A DNA stretch of 60,568 nt, filler included, from Globobulimina sp. (GCA_003354225.1; 17 parts of 17 records of this genome joined end to end with filler, not necessarily neighbours in it), one strand, 5' to 3'. Shown: positions 10,961 to 23,033, counted from the first letter of the whole stretch. The notes: generated by a model not told the origin, from the sequence alone. Program-made: numbers and translations.

Positions 10961-13148
10961 ATGACAGGCTCAAATAAAGGTGACTATGATCTAAACTCAA
11001 GTCTTCCAGTCCATGCCATTGAAGACTACGATCACACGTCAACACGCTCCAACCAATCGCCATATGACCACCTAACAGAACCTCATATTGCAGGAGCAAC
11101 CACAGAGAGTGCACCTATCCCTCACCCGAATGTGCCACACCAAGACACGAATTATCATTCATTTGCTGACACCAAAAACGAGGATCATCATATGACAGAT
11201 GATGATAACAAATCAATGTTATCAAAATTAATCGAACGAAGCAAATTAATCTCCGAAGTATTAGCAGCCACATATGGCAAACCAACGACTTATGTTCGCT
11301 ATGCAGCTAAAGAGCAAAAGGAAGGCATCGACGATGAGTTAGCGTCGGTTATTATGCAACAGGAATTTGACACTGGCCACAGGGTCAAATTTGGTACATG
11401 GGACGGTGTCTGCGCCCGATGCTTGTTGAACATCTTTGGTGTGATCATGTATTTACGCGTCGGATTTATTGTGGCTGAGGCTGGCATCATTGAAAGTTTA
11501 TATATTATTGTTGTCGCCTCGGCGGTTACTTTAATCACAACCTTGTCGATGAGCGCACTGTGCACAAATGGAGTGGTGCTCGGCGGCGGAGCTTATTATT
11601 TCATTTCAAGGGTTATGGGGCCGTCGGTGGGCGGCTCCGTTGGCTTAATCTTCAGTGTTGGGAACATGTTCGCGGTGTCTCTATATATCATTGGCTTTGC
11701 CGAAACTTTGGGTACTTTCTAATGACAAATAATTTGTGCAGCACACGTTGGAACCAATGAATATTGTTTGTGAGCTTTAATTGATTGGTTACAGTCAAAC
11801 AATGATTTGTTTTTCATTGACGGATTGCATGCACAAATTATTGTTTCTTTGTAGATACAAATTCTATGCAAAATATATGCTTTGTCAGGCCAACATATCG
11901 AAGACGAGACCGGTTGGACCATATTTGACAAACAGAACGATATTCGAATATGGTCAAATGTTTTGTTGGTCGCTACTTTTGTTTTAGCGGTGATTGGGAT
12001 GAGTATTGTGATAAAAACGCAATTATTTTTATTACTATTAATAATGGTGTCGTTGGTGTTTTTTTTCATTGGATCTGTGTATAAAACTGAACCAGGAGTA
12101 ATATTTGGAATTGATGGGTGGACCAATGGCAATTTCAAAACCAACTTGGAATCGGATTATGACGGTCAGTATGACTTTTGGAGGGTATTTAAATATTTTT
12201 TCTTCATTCAATCTCTAAATATTTTTCGTTGTGTTACGTGTGTTATAATTACATTGAAAGGTTTTTGCAATATTCTTCCCAGCGGTGACGGGGATAATGG
12301 CTGGAGCCAACATTTCAGGCGATTTGAAGGACCCCGCAAAGGATATTCCAAAAGGAACATTGTGGTCCATTGGTATCTCGACCGTGATATATATATTGTT
12401 GTCAGTGGTTGTTGGTGCTGTGGTTGTACGTGAAATTGAGGGGAATGATGAGGATGGATTGAAACATGATAATTTGATAATGGCTAAAATATGTTCGTGG
12501 AATTACTTGGTTTTATTAGGGATTTATGCGGCGACATTATCGTCGGCCATTGAAGCATTAGTCGGAGCACCGCGGATATTGCAAGCCATTGCTTATGATT
12601 TGGCAAAAGAGTGTTTCCCTTTTTTGGGCTACTTCGCCAAGGAAAATAAGGCCGGGGACCCCATTCGAGGCTATGTGTTGACCTGTTTTGTGACATTTTT
12701 GTGTAACTTGACAGGTGAACTAAACGCCGTCGCTGAGATGATATCGCAATTTTTTATGTTTACTTATGCCATTATGAATTTTTGTATATTCTGGATAGAG
12801 ATTGGAAAGAAGCCAAGCAAAAAAGCATGGGATCCAACATTCACGTTTTATAATAAATGGTTATCATTAATAGGTGGACTTGCTTCGTTTGCTTCGATGT
12901 TTGTAATGAATTATAAATATGCGGGACCTGCTATTTTTGTTACATTCCTGTTATATCTGTGGATTGAATATAAAGATCCTTCCACGACATATAGGCCGAT
13001 TAAAAGATTTTATTTGTTTCAATGTATTGCGGATTGCTTTGTTTGTATTTGCTGTCCATTGAAATGTTGTAAAATAAGAATGAAGAAATTAACACGAAGA
13101 AAAACAATGAATATAAAATATGATTTGGAAATGCGTGATAATGAATGA
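10961..13148 (+). CDS. Cation-chloride cotransporter (SLC12/NKCC-KCC family), two introns
   Basis: FGTWDGV..RCLLNIFGVIMYLR, TNG..GGGAYYFISR..GGSVG, FFPAVTGIMAGANISGDLKDP and LVGAPRILQAIA. Introns 11712..11888 and 12185..12260 give one frame. Confidence 0.93.
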
Positions 13149-14044
13149 GATCAAATACTGAATTAACTGAAGCGAATAATCATTAACTTTAAAAATGCAA
13201 TTAATTATCAATGATTTTGTAAGTATTATTTTTTATTTTTATGATGCTTGTAATTATTTGTTCGTATCACTTTATACAGACACAGAATATATTTAATTAT
13301 AGCGTTTCTGTGCTGTTTTCCCGATAGCAATTAAGGAGTCATAATTTGCTCCAATTCCGTTATAAATTTCACACAGTCACTGATTAAGCCATAACCGTTC
13401 GCCATTATACCATAAATAATTACCATAAATATTGCATATCCACCGTACAATTCCAAACACATTAACGGGGACACTCCTGTCAGGCCAAACGAAAGCAAAT
13501 GGAATAGACACAAACAGAACACACAGCACTGCAAAATATCAAACAAAAAACTCACGAAAATAAATCAAAAAATTATACAAATATACTTTTTATTAAATTT
13601 GTTCTGACTTTGTTCTGGATTTGCAAACCCAAGACAAAGTTATAACAATTAAACCCAGAACAAACCAAAGGCAAACATATAGCAAACCGTTTCTGGATCT
13701 GAAAAGCGTTTCTCAGATAATTGAATAAAATGTATACAACTTATCGACCAGAGGGGGGGGTTATCTTTTGGAATATATCGTTTAGTATATTTCCACATTT
13801 TCGAGTTTATTTACACATTTTTACACTGGCACTTGCCATTAATTACTCAACAGATTTTATATCTGGATTACCTGATCAAACTCGTTTATTTGTTGGATTA
13901 CCTGATCAAAGCCAAAAAAACAACAAGAAAAGACCGCAACAATCAACAATCCAATAAATAACAAATATCGATTTCAATCCGTAGATTACGACTATCAGAC
14001 ATCGAGAATACAAACAACAACAATACAAAACATAAAAACACGAT

Positions 14045-14187
14045 ATGGATTTTGATATATTTTTAGAGGAAGAGTTCAATGATAACTGTAGCTCAGTGAG
14101 TGACTGCAAAGCCATCCGGCGATTAGTGACCGCCTTGTTATATTACGGAGAATTAAGCAAAAGAGAGCGCGGCGAAGCTTATGGCTT
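14045..14187 (+). CDS. N-terminal fragment of hypothetical protein, truncated at contig end
   Basis: ATG after an A-rich leader; frame open to the spacer. Confidence 0.4.
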
Positions 14188-14287
14188 NNNNNNNNNNNNN
14201 NNNNNNNNNNNNNNNNNNNNNNNNNNNNNNNTTAATTAATTAANNNNNNNNNNNNNNNNNNNNNNNNNNNNNNNNNNNNNNNNNNNN

Positions 14288-15522
14288 ATTTGCACCATTC
14301 CTTAAACCAAATCAATGAGACTCAATCTTTGCCGAATGTCGACTTCAAGAATATATTAAATAAGCAGACTGAGAAAAATATTTTCTATTCGAATCTGATT
14401 AAACGGCTGATGTCCTCCGGGGAGCAGCAGGCCAACACTTGGAAGGATTACTTGTTTCATTCCCACAGCAATTTGAATTCCTTTTTGTTTGATGAGAAAA
14501 AGCGACGGTTGAACCAGATCAATATCAATGCGAATGGCGGAGAGCAGGCTGGACAGCAAAGGCATGCTTCGTTTAACAAGCAATTAAATAATTATATCCA
14601 ACAGCTGTTGTTACCGAAATTGATATTAAAGTGCAAGGAAAAGAGCAACAAATTGCAGGAGAAATTGATAGTGTCCTCGCAACTCAGTGTCCAGTGTTTG
14701 AAATCGAGGCAATATTTGGCGCAGAATGCGCATTCTTATTTTAGTGAGCATCACAATGTCAAGGATACGGCATCAACTTCAGGCTCTAGCTCTAGTTCAT
14801 CGTCATCAGAGGAGGGGGAGGAGGAGAAAGAGGCAGAGGTTGCGGTTGAGGCCGAGACGGTGTTGATTGAGGCGGATAAGACGCCCTCGCCTCGGTATCA
14901 TATGAATATACAACAACAGATATCGTACAATAAATATGAGGAACTGCAGAAACAGGCGTCTAAGGATCGGAATGATAGGAACTCGAATGACAGGAATGTG
15001 ATTGTTGGTGGTGAGGAAAGTAAGAAAAGTATGCGGAATAGAAAGAGGAGCGAGAAGGAGGAGGAAGATGTGAGCTCAGATGATGGGGATAAGGATAATG
15101 AGAGTGAGTTGATTGGGAGAGGGAGGAAAAGAAAATTGGTTGATTTGAATGAGAATGGCGAGGAAATGTTACGTAAGAAACATAAAGGAAAAGAATGTGG
15201 CGTTGGATTATGTGATGGTGAGATATGTGTTGATTTTAATAGGATGGAAGTGGATAAGTTTCTGAATTGCGGCATATGTCATAATGGGTTGGGTTCGGAC
15301 ATATTGACCATTAATGAATGTATGGATTCATTTTGTCGCTTGTGTTTGGAGGGCTATTTGGATAAATGTATGGTGCATAATGACACTGCAAAGTGTCCGT
15401 CGTGTAATCATGCTTTGGGGCAAGGATCGATTGCAAGCATTCGACACAAAATATGTAAAGAGGACAAACTGAAAATATCATTGATTGATTTGATAAATAA
15501 AGCAAAAGATGCGTCGACTTGA
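14288..15522 (+). CDS. RING-finger protein, 5'-truncated
   Basis: Acidic/basic low-complexity region with NLS-like RKRK, then CGIC..CMDSFCRLC..CPSC. Confidence 0.75.
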
Positions 15523-15587
15523 AAAATATGCGTTGTATGATATTTTTCCTGTTTTTTTGTTATAAAGTGTAGAATGAAGATATAGGT

Positions 15588-16626
15588 TTATTTATGTGTA
15601 TGTTTGTATTTATTTCTTGGTCTTCCTTCATTATAATAAACTTTTAAATACTTAGATATTTCACATAAACAATTCTCCATTGCCATTAAATTCAAACATT
15701 TTTCTTTCCTGTCCTCAAATAAAATTTCCACATTACATTGATTATCTGTAAAACCTTTTTTTTGTATTTTACAAAGATATTGGATGCATTGATTATAATT
15801 TAAATGTTTTTTATCTTTAAAAAGTCTGTTAATCCCATTAATAGCACCTGGTCCAGCAATGACATATTTACATTCATTAAATATATCTTTATTCCAATAG
15901 CCTAAATCTACGGAGATTTGATATGCCATAAAAGGACCAATTCCTCGCAATTTTAATAATGATTTATAAGTAAAATCTGAACTTTTATTGTTTAAAATAT
16001 CTTTACAAAACTTTGGAATCATTTTTAATGTTTTTTTGAATAAAATGCATGTTCTTCCAATCTTATCACGTTTAATTTTCTTATTCTTATCAATAAAACC
16101 ATAGCTTGGTACAATAAATGCATTCGTAAAAACTTTTTCATTTTTTTTTACTAAATCTCGCAAATTTGTTTCTAATTTTTTTGTATCAAATGCCTGAATT
16201 GTTTGAAAGCCAATTTTATTGAATGTATTTATTTTATTATAAATCCTATAAATAAATATATTAAAAAATAAATTTTCGAAATCGTTTTCAAATTTGGGAA
16301 TAATTTTATTTATAACATATTGTGTTCCTGGATCAATATCTCTGAATACATTGGTAAATCTCCATTGTGACAATATTTTGTCATTCGTCCATGGTGCTAA
16401 CTCATTTTTGCTTCTTTTCTTATAAATGTTATGTCGCTCAATAATATACTGCCAAAATAAATTAATATTTTCTTCATGAAGAATTATTTTTGTGTTATCC
16501 TCAGATAATTTTTGTTTTTTTCTTGCTGGCTCCGGTATATCAGCCTTGTGGATGGATACAGTGAAAAAGAGGTTTAATGAGCAACATGGTACATACATTC
16601 TCTGGCATTTGTTTTCTTCTTGGCAT
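15588..16626 (-). CDS. Homologue of phage DNA thymine-hypermodification enzymes (aGPT-PPlase / 5-hmdU-kinase-associated helical family), one intron
   Basis: ERHNIY..PWTNDKILSQWRFTNVFRDID, YRIYNK, FTNAF, HhH-like LRGIGPFMAYQI..DL, GPGA..G and ENCLCEISKY. Intron 16596..16545 joins MPRRKQMPEN to ADIPEPARKKQK. Confidence 0.8.
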
Positions 16627-16710
16627 CGATGTCTTGCGTCACGACGGAATGTTTAAAAAAAAAACCTAGTTTAATAAAATAATAAGTCATAATAAATAAT
16701 GCAAGACAAG

Positions 16711-17758
16711 TCATTTTTTTGTTTTTTTTTGCCAAACTAAACCTTTCATGTTTTGATCCGTGGAATCATCAATTTCGATATCATGATCATTTCCTTTGGT
16801 ATCACCTGTTACCAATGATTGTAATTCCTTTGTTATGGTTTGCTTTGCATAGTGATATGATCCACAAACTGACTGTTGAATATGCCATTGTTTATATCCC
16901 AATGCTTGTAGATTCCAACAATTATTATTTTTGAATATTCTACACATTACAACTGATCTTGATTTGCCTGCTTCGTCAATTTCATATCGAATTAAATTAA
17001 TATCAGCCGCGGTTTCTTCATATAATAAAATAGTCGGTTCCTTAAATTCTGACAAATCACTTGGTCCGCAAGCACATAATGTAAAAAATAATTGTTTAAT
17101 ATTTTTGTCTTCCATTAATTTGGATAAATTTAACCTAATTTTATGTACTGATTTACCATTAACTTTAGTATCACCACTATGTGATATGTTGTTGTACCGT
17201 CTGGCACCATAATGTACCACTTGTATGCAGTTATCATCATTATCATAAATCAAACACGCACCGCATAAAATATGTGACGAATCAGAGTCTAATTGCAAAA
17301 TAAAATTATTTATAATGTTTGGTTTGCACAATTTATCTTTTTTAAACATTAAATCTGTTGTTGGCACACCTAAAATGTCTGCAATTTCATGGTTTAATTG
17401 TTTACGTTTTGAATGAAGGATATTTGCTTCATTTTCATCCGTAAACACAATCTGATACTCAATTAATTGAGTCTCTTGATCTGTAAACGTAACATTTGAT
17501 ATTTCAACTTTATTATTTGCACCGTATACTTTTTGTACACATTGTATAAATTGATAAACATCAAATTTTGTGCTCATTTCGCATTTTATAATCATTTTAT
17601 ATTTAGGAATTGCAATTATTTGTTTTGATGTTAGCTTAATACCGGTTTTACCATTGGCATTATTATTATTTGTGTTACTATCAAGGAGCGGCTGATACAT
17701 TTTCAATACAGAATCTCTTGAACAGCCACGTAGATAATCATAGATTATTTGTGCTATG
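16711..17758 (-). CDS. TerD-domain protein, 5'-truncated
   Basis: ACLIYD..VHYG..ISHSGD..HKIRLNLSKL..LFFTL..SVVMCRIFK..WNLQALG matches the TerD pattern. Frame is open to the contig edge. Confidence 0.7.
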
Positions 17759-17978
17759 NNNNNNNNNNNNNNNNNNNNNNNNNNNNNNNNNNNNNNNNNN
17801 NNTTAATTAATTAANNNNNNNNNNNNNNNNNNNNNNNNNNNNNNNNNNNNNNNNNNNNTCACCCTATGAACAAGAATAATGATGAATGTGAGCAAATCTG
17901 CATTATTATTTGTATTAATTAGCATTTAATAGGTTATCGATTGCTTATGACATATCATATCATGACAACATAAAATAT

Positions 17979-19035
17979 GTGGTATTTAACGGTGAAAGTT
18001 GTATTATTGCAGGTGATTATGGTCGAGCTTGTAGTGAATTTACAAATAATGGCGTTTTAGAAGTAGTTCGTGAATCAACAGGGGTTTATTTGGTATATTT
18101 TTCTGCACCATTTGGTGATAATAATTATGTAGTATTAACAACTTCAAATTTACAAGGGACCAGTGGTGCTTTTTCATCAATTGGTGGTAATGATGACAGT
18201 TTACATATTTATTTTGGTGTTTCAAAATATTTTGTACGCATTAATACGAGAAAATTGCATGACAATTCCCCATGTGATTCAGATTATATTTCAGTTGTTG
18301 CTACACACAGCGTTTCCGGAGTTAATTAATCAAATATCTTATCTAAATATATGCATTTTTACATATATAAACAGATGGTAGAGGTAGTATTTAATGGTGA
18401 AGATTGCCCGGGAAATGTATGTGTCCCATTATTTAAATCAGGTGTTGATCAGGTACAAAAATACGAAAATGGTTTATATGAAGTAATTTTTTCATCAGCA
18501 CGATCTGCTGCAGAATATTTAGTTTTTGCATCATCAAATGTTTGGGGAACAGGAGGAACTATCACATCAATTGGTGGTGACACTAGTACTGCAACAACAC
18601 AAAGTACAATGCTTATTAGCCGTACAATGCATGATAATACCAACGCAAATTCAGATTATGTGGCAATGATGGCCGGTATACCTACTGTTAGCAAATAGAT
18701 ATGTTACATTTGATGGTGCTGATTGTAGCGGCAGTGGTGGCTATGGCGCCACATGCACAGTATTCCAGCAAAATGAGGTAAGAGAAGTAGTAAGAGAGAG
18801 TGCAGGCAGATACAAAATATATTGGACGAGTACTTTTCCAAATGCTAATTATGTTGTATTATGTGATAGTAATGTGTGGGGAACTGGTGGTACAGTTTGT
18901 GGTTTGGGTGGAAATAATGTTGGTTCATCGCCAGATCATGGAGTATCCATTTATTTCGTAGAAGTTCAAACAAGAAAAATGGGGGTTGGGTCATCTGCTG
19001 ATTCCAATTATGTTTCAGTTATGGCATTCCTTTGA
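17979..19035 (+). CDS. Protein with three tandem ~110-aa beta-rich repeats (5' end unresolved)
   Basis: Each repeat reads V.F(N/D)G..C...V..V.....G.Y...F......Y.V...SN..GT.G....GG...R......S.Y. Intron 18321..18374 joins repeats 1 and 2. There is a frame change near 18676-18698 before repeat 3. Confidence 0.65.
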
Positions 19036-19439
19036 AAAAAGGCACATGTACATGTATTTTATTTTATATATATATTTTTATATTATAATTAATTTTAAAA
19101 TGTGTGTCATTTCTCAAGAGTTTTGGATATTATTTGTAATATTTTTGTTTTAAGATTTTTTTTCATCTTTCAAATATAGCGACAAATACACTTTATTGGT
19201 GTTATTTGTAATATTTCAGTGAGGTATACAAATATTTCGTATACAAACGTGTTTCCAAACCTGTACTTTTTAGAGAATCTTGTTGGTTACAACGAATCAG
19301 TGATAGCATCGACTCGGCGGAACGCAGAGAAATCGCCAAAGCGCGGAAGAAAATGGAGCGCAGAAACAGTAAAAAAATAACGCACATGGTGGACGAATGT
19401 TAGGCATTGAAGTTAATCCCAAGCTGTTTTCAATCTAAC

Positions 19440-20840
19440 ATGTTTCAGCAATTGTTTTGTAATTTTGGTAAATGGCGTCGTTTTAGTACGTCTGCGTCAG
19501 CAACTTCGAGAAAGTCAATAAATAGAATAGTGCTTACCGGTGGACCATGTGCTGGGAAATCAACTGCATTATCAACCATACAACAATTTTTAATGAACCA
19601 TGGATTTATTGTTCATACGATTCCCGAAGCATCAAAATTACTGCAAATACAAGGTGGCATTAAACCATCCTTCATCACATTAACATCATTTCAAAAAATG
19701 GTAACAAAATTACAGAATGATTTGGAACGCTCATATTACGAATACGCATTAAATACATACAATGCAACCAATAAACCAATCGCAATTTTAATTGATCGCG
19801 GAGTACTCGATGGCAATGCTTACATAACGGATAAAAATGAATTTAATAACATCCTGCAATACGCATTAAATACCAATCAAACAATAGACACAGATGAATT
19901 AATTAATAATAAATATGATATGATATTACATTTAGTAACAGCAGCAAACGGTGCACGCGCGTTTTATACAAAGGAAGCATTCCGAAATGAAACACCACAA
20001 ATTGCTATGGAATTAGATGATAAATTATTAGATATATACAAAAATCACAAAGATCGCAGAATAATAAGCAATATAAAAACGTTTGAAGACAAGTTACAAT
20101 TTATAATCTCGCACATTTCTGATAAATTAAATATACAAAATTTAAGCCGGAAAACGTTACGATTTATAGTTAATATGATGGATAATAATCATTCCATTAA
20201 TAATATTATTGCACAATTGCAACAATACATAGATAACAAAAATCCATTGATTGTAACGTATGTTATTAAGTATTTTTTGCGTGATGATTTTACGCATAAT
20301 GAACAACAAAACGGATATACATTTATACGAGAAACGAATTTATTAAATATAAATACTAACAGCAACAAATCCGTTGGTGAACAAATACAAAATATTTATA
20401 ATAAATCATTGGATATGACATCGTTGTATGAGTATAAACATATTGATATTCCAGAAGAAGCGGGCAGTGCATGGATGGATGCCACTCATTATATGTTAAT
20501 AAAAAACAGTGAAGAATTTGGTCAAACTATAAATGGATCGGAAAAATTAACAAAAACGAGATATAATGAATTGCGGAAATATAATCGGGATATGAATAAA
20601 CATCGAGTAGAGAAAATCAAAATATTTTTTCATTATAAACAACAATTTTATGCATTGGATGTAATTATGAAACCGGAATCTTATAAAGATTCAATGTGGT
20701 TGAAAGTATATAGAACTCCGGGAAATAAATATATGCCAAATGCAACGGATACGGACATTGTTGATGTCCCGCCGTGTATTCAAATAATAAAAAATGTTAC
20801 TTCTAATCCAAATTTCTCATCATATTCATATTCGATGTAG
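19440..20840 (+). CDS. NadR/Ttd14-like P-loop (AAA_28) protein with possible mitochondrial presequence
   Basis: RIVLTGGPCAGKST, IPEA, IDRGVLDG.AY, YDMILHLVTAANGA and RNET. R/S-rich, acid-free N-terminus. Confidence 0.82.
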   Translation: MFQQLFCNFGKWRRFSTSASATSRKSINRIVLTGGPCAGKSTALSTIQQFLMNHGFIVHTIPEASKLLQIQGGIKPSFITLTSFQKMVTKLQNDLERSYYEYALNTYNATNKPIAILIDRGVLDGNAYITDKNEFNNILQYALNTNQTIDTDELINNKYDMILHLVTAANGARAFYTKEAFRNETPQIAMELDDKLLDIYKNHKDRRIISNIKTFEDKLQFIISHISDKLNIQNLSRKTLRFIVNMMDNNHSINNIIAQLQQYIDNKNPLIVTYVIKYFLRDDFTHNEQQNGYTFIRETNLLNINTNSNKSVGEQIQNIYNKSLDMTSLYEYKHIDIPEEAGSAWMDATHYMLIKNSEEFGQTINGSEKLTKTRYNELRKYNRDMNKHRVEKIKIFFHYKQQFYALDVIMKPESYKDSMWLKVYRTPGNKYMPNATDTDIVDVPPCIQIIKNVTSNPNFSSYSYSM

Positions 20841-20959
20841 AATTCTTTTTTTTTGAGACACTTTCTTCTTCTACGAATGCATCAATGTCAACACCGCTCC
20901 TTTGACAACTCTTGAGGACCACAAAGCAGTCATATCAAAATAATATTGGGTATAGTGTG

Positions 20960-21185
20960 TTTTGTTGAACAGTATGCTATATACTGTTTTTGCATATCAC
21001 CAAACTTGCACTTTTTTCCGTGTAAAAATTAAACAGTGTTTTAAACAGTATTGTCTTAAGATACATTGTTTTGATATTGTTTTTAAACAGTATCAAAACA
21101 AACTAACTAAATAATACATGCACTTTTGCCATTATGAGAAAAACAGTATGTTAGATATTGTTTCTGTAAAATATGAACAGTCACT
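20960..21185. repeat. Cluster of imperfect AAACAGTAT / ATACTGTTT direct and inverted repeats
   Basis: Repeated aacagta(t) units and a hairpin aacagtatgctatatactgtt. Confidence 0.4.
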
Positions 21186-21584
21186 CAATCAAACTCATAT
21201 ATAAAGTTGCTACTTATTTCACGGAAACACTTATGGGACAAAGGCTAAACATTTTAAATTAATTAAAGATCAATCATAAATTATATTATTTATGTATAAA
21301 ATGTACATAATAAATAGCAACAAAATTCNNNNNNNNNNNNNNNNNNNNNNNNNNNNNNNNNNNNNNNNNNNNTTAATTAATTAANNNNNNNNNNNNNNNN
21401 NNNNNNNNNNNNNNNNNNNNNNNNNNNNGGAGTTTTTCACAAATGTCACACAGTCACAGCATGTCAGCTCAAATAATTGAAGTACGGTTTGTTTTTTATG
21501 AATGTAATTTGGTCATAAAGTATTTAACTGCATGCATTTATTATACAATGAGTAAAAATCGAACAGCGCATATTTGGAGTCATG

Positions 21585-21835
21585 GAGCAATCCGTCCCAT
21601 CCGCATTGCCATTCGCATCCCGCAGGTTCGAGTGGTGGTGAAGGCGCTGATCGCGTCGCTGACCAATGTGATAAACGCAGTGTGTTTCTCCTTTTTTATC
21701 CTGTTCGTGTTAGGCATTGTGGGCTTGCAACTATTTTGCGGGCAGTTTGGGCGCTGCGTGTATGGCGACAGCAGCAATGCGTTCGACATTGTGTTGGATT
21801 TGGAGCCGCCGACGGAGTGGCAATGCCTGGAAGAA
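21585..21835 (+). pseudogene. Fragment of voltage-gated Ca/Na channel ion-transport domain (S4-S5)
   Basis: AIRPIRIAIRIPQVRVVVKALIASL...LGIVGLQLFCGQFGRC. GC-richer than the flanks; no other channel parts in the contig. Confidence 0.7.
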
Positions 21836-21874
21836 GGACATTCGTTTATCTGTATGACAGCAACGAAGGACTGA

Positions 21875-22819
21875 GTCGCAGCATCAACTTCGAGTATTGC
21901 AGCAAAGGAAAATAATTTAAAATTAGAAATGTTCAATTTATCACAGTATAATTATATCTCCACAGCGGACAACAACGATGGTTTACTCATTGAAATCAAA
22001 TATTATGACCCATTTATCCGCTATTTCGATTGTTCGTTTTTTACAGAATTTTGCAGCGAGAATGAATGTATTTTTTTTGGTGGATTGTCGCAGTTAAAAA
22101 TCGAAACTATTTATTGTATTTTCTTAGAGCATAATTATAAAAATTTTATCCGTGCAATGAATATTTTACAATCGATGTTAAGCGGCAAAATGAAGAAAGA
22201 GACCATGACAGAAAATGAACAACAGATTATTCGATATTTGGTTCAAAATGAATTCATTCGCGCCATGAATAACGAGGTCGATGTCACAAATAATATGAAT
22301 GGAAAATCCATCATTCCGCAATATATTTCATTATTATTTCATCATTTTTGTATCAATTTGAATAAAATTAATATTAATTTGCATAGAATGAATGATAAAA
22401 CATGTTATGGATATTTTGCGATAAAATCTTTATTTTTAACCTCGCAAAATAATTTTATTAAATTGGATGTTTTATGTTCGTTATTCCCGAATGTCCCCAT
22501 TATAAAAGTTATCGGTGACACACAAAAATATGCAAATAATTGTATCAAATTAGATCAGTTATTTTTTGAGGAAGTTTTGTTGATTTTAGATTCAAATTTG
22601 ATTTCTCGGAAATGTGCATTGAAGAAAATTATTATTTCATTTGCAAATGAAACGGATATGACCATCGAGTATGCGATCGCGAAATATAAATCACAATTTG
22701 ATGAAAAGGATTGTGTCTTAAAAATAAAACCAAAAACGAGGGAGTTAGTTATTCAAAGAGGTCTCAATCTAAATAATAATGTTGATAATGCACAAAATGA
22801 TGTTTGTTTAATTCAATAA
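21875..22819 (+). CDS. Hypothetical protein with possible ADP-ribosyltransferase-like C-terminal motifs
   Basis: ASTSS..A...GLLIEI..YFDCSFFTEFCSENECIF resembles the STS and ExE motifs. 5' end disrupted. Confidence 0.4.
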   Translation, partial: VAASTSSIAAKENNLKLEMFNLSQYNYISTADNNDGLLIEIKYYDPFIRYFDCSFFTEFCSENECIFFGGLSQLKIETIYCIFLEHNYKNFIRAMNILQSMLSGKMKKETMTENEQQIIRYLVQNEFIRAMNNEVDVTNNMNGKSIIPQYISLLFHHFCINLNKININLHRMNDKTCYGYFAIKSLFLTSQNNFIKLDVLCSLFPNVPIIKVIGDTQKYANNCIKLDQLFFEEVLLILDSNLISRKCALKKIIISFANETDMTIEYAIAKYKSQFDEKDCVLKIKPKTRELVIQRGLNLNNNVDNAQNDVCLIQ

Positions 22820-23033
22820 TGTGTAGATATTTATATATTTTGTTGATTGGTTTCTGCTTCGCCTTTTGTTGTTGTTTTTGTTGCTTTTTTTGTGTCGGCA
22901 GTTTTTTTTATTTTGGAGTCGGATTTACGGCTTGACTGAATTTTAAAAAACATGTTGTTTTCAGAAACGATAATGTACACTCTCTTCTGCTCAAAGCCAT
23001 TTTATTAGCCATATACAGACAATCATAACAAAA

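Noticed and set aside
13865-13910. Duplicated GGATTACCTGATCAAA 16-mer
   Set aside because: Only two copies 30 bp apart, with no associated element or array.
15588-20840. P-loop protein at 19440 as the 5-hmdU kinase partner of the hypermodification enzyme
   Set aside because: A spacer separates them, so adjacency is meaningless, and its motifs fit the Ttd14/AAA_28 family.
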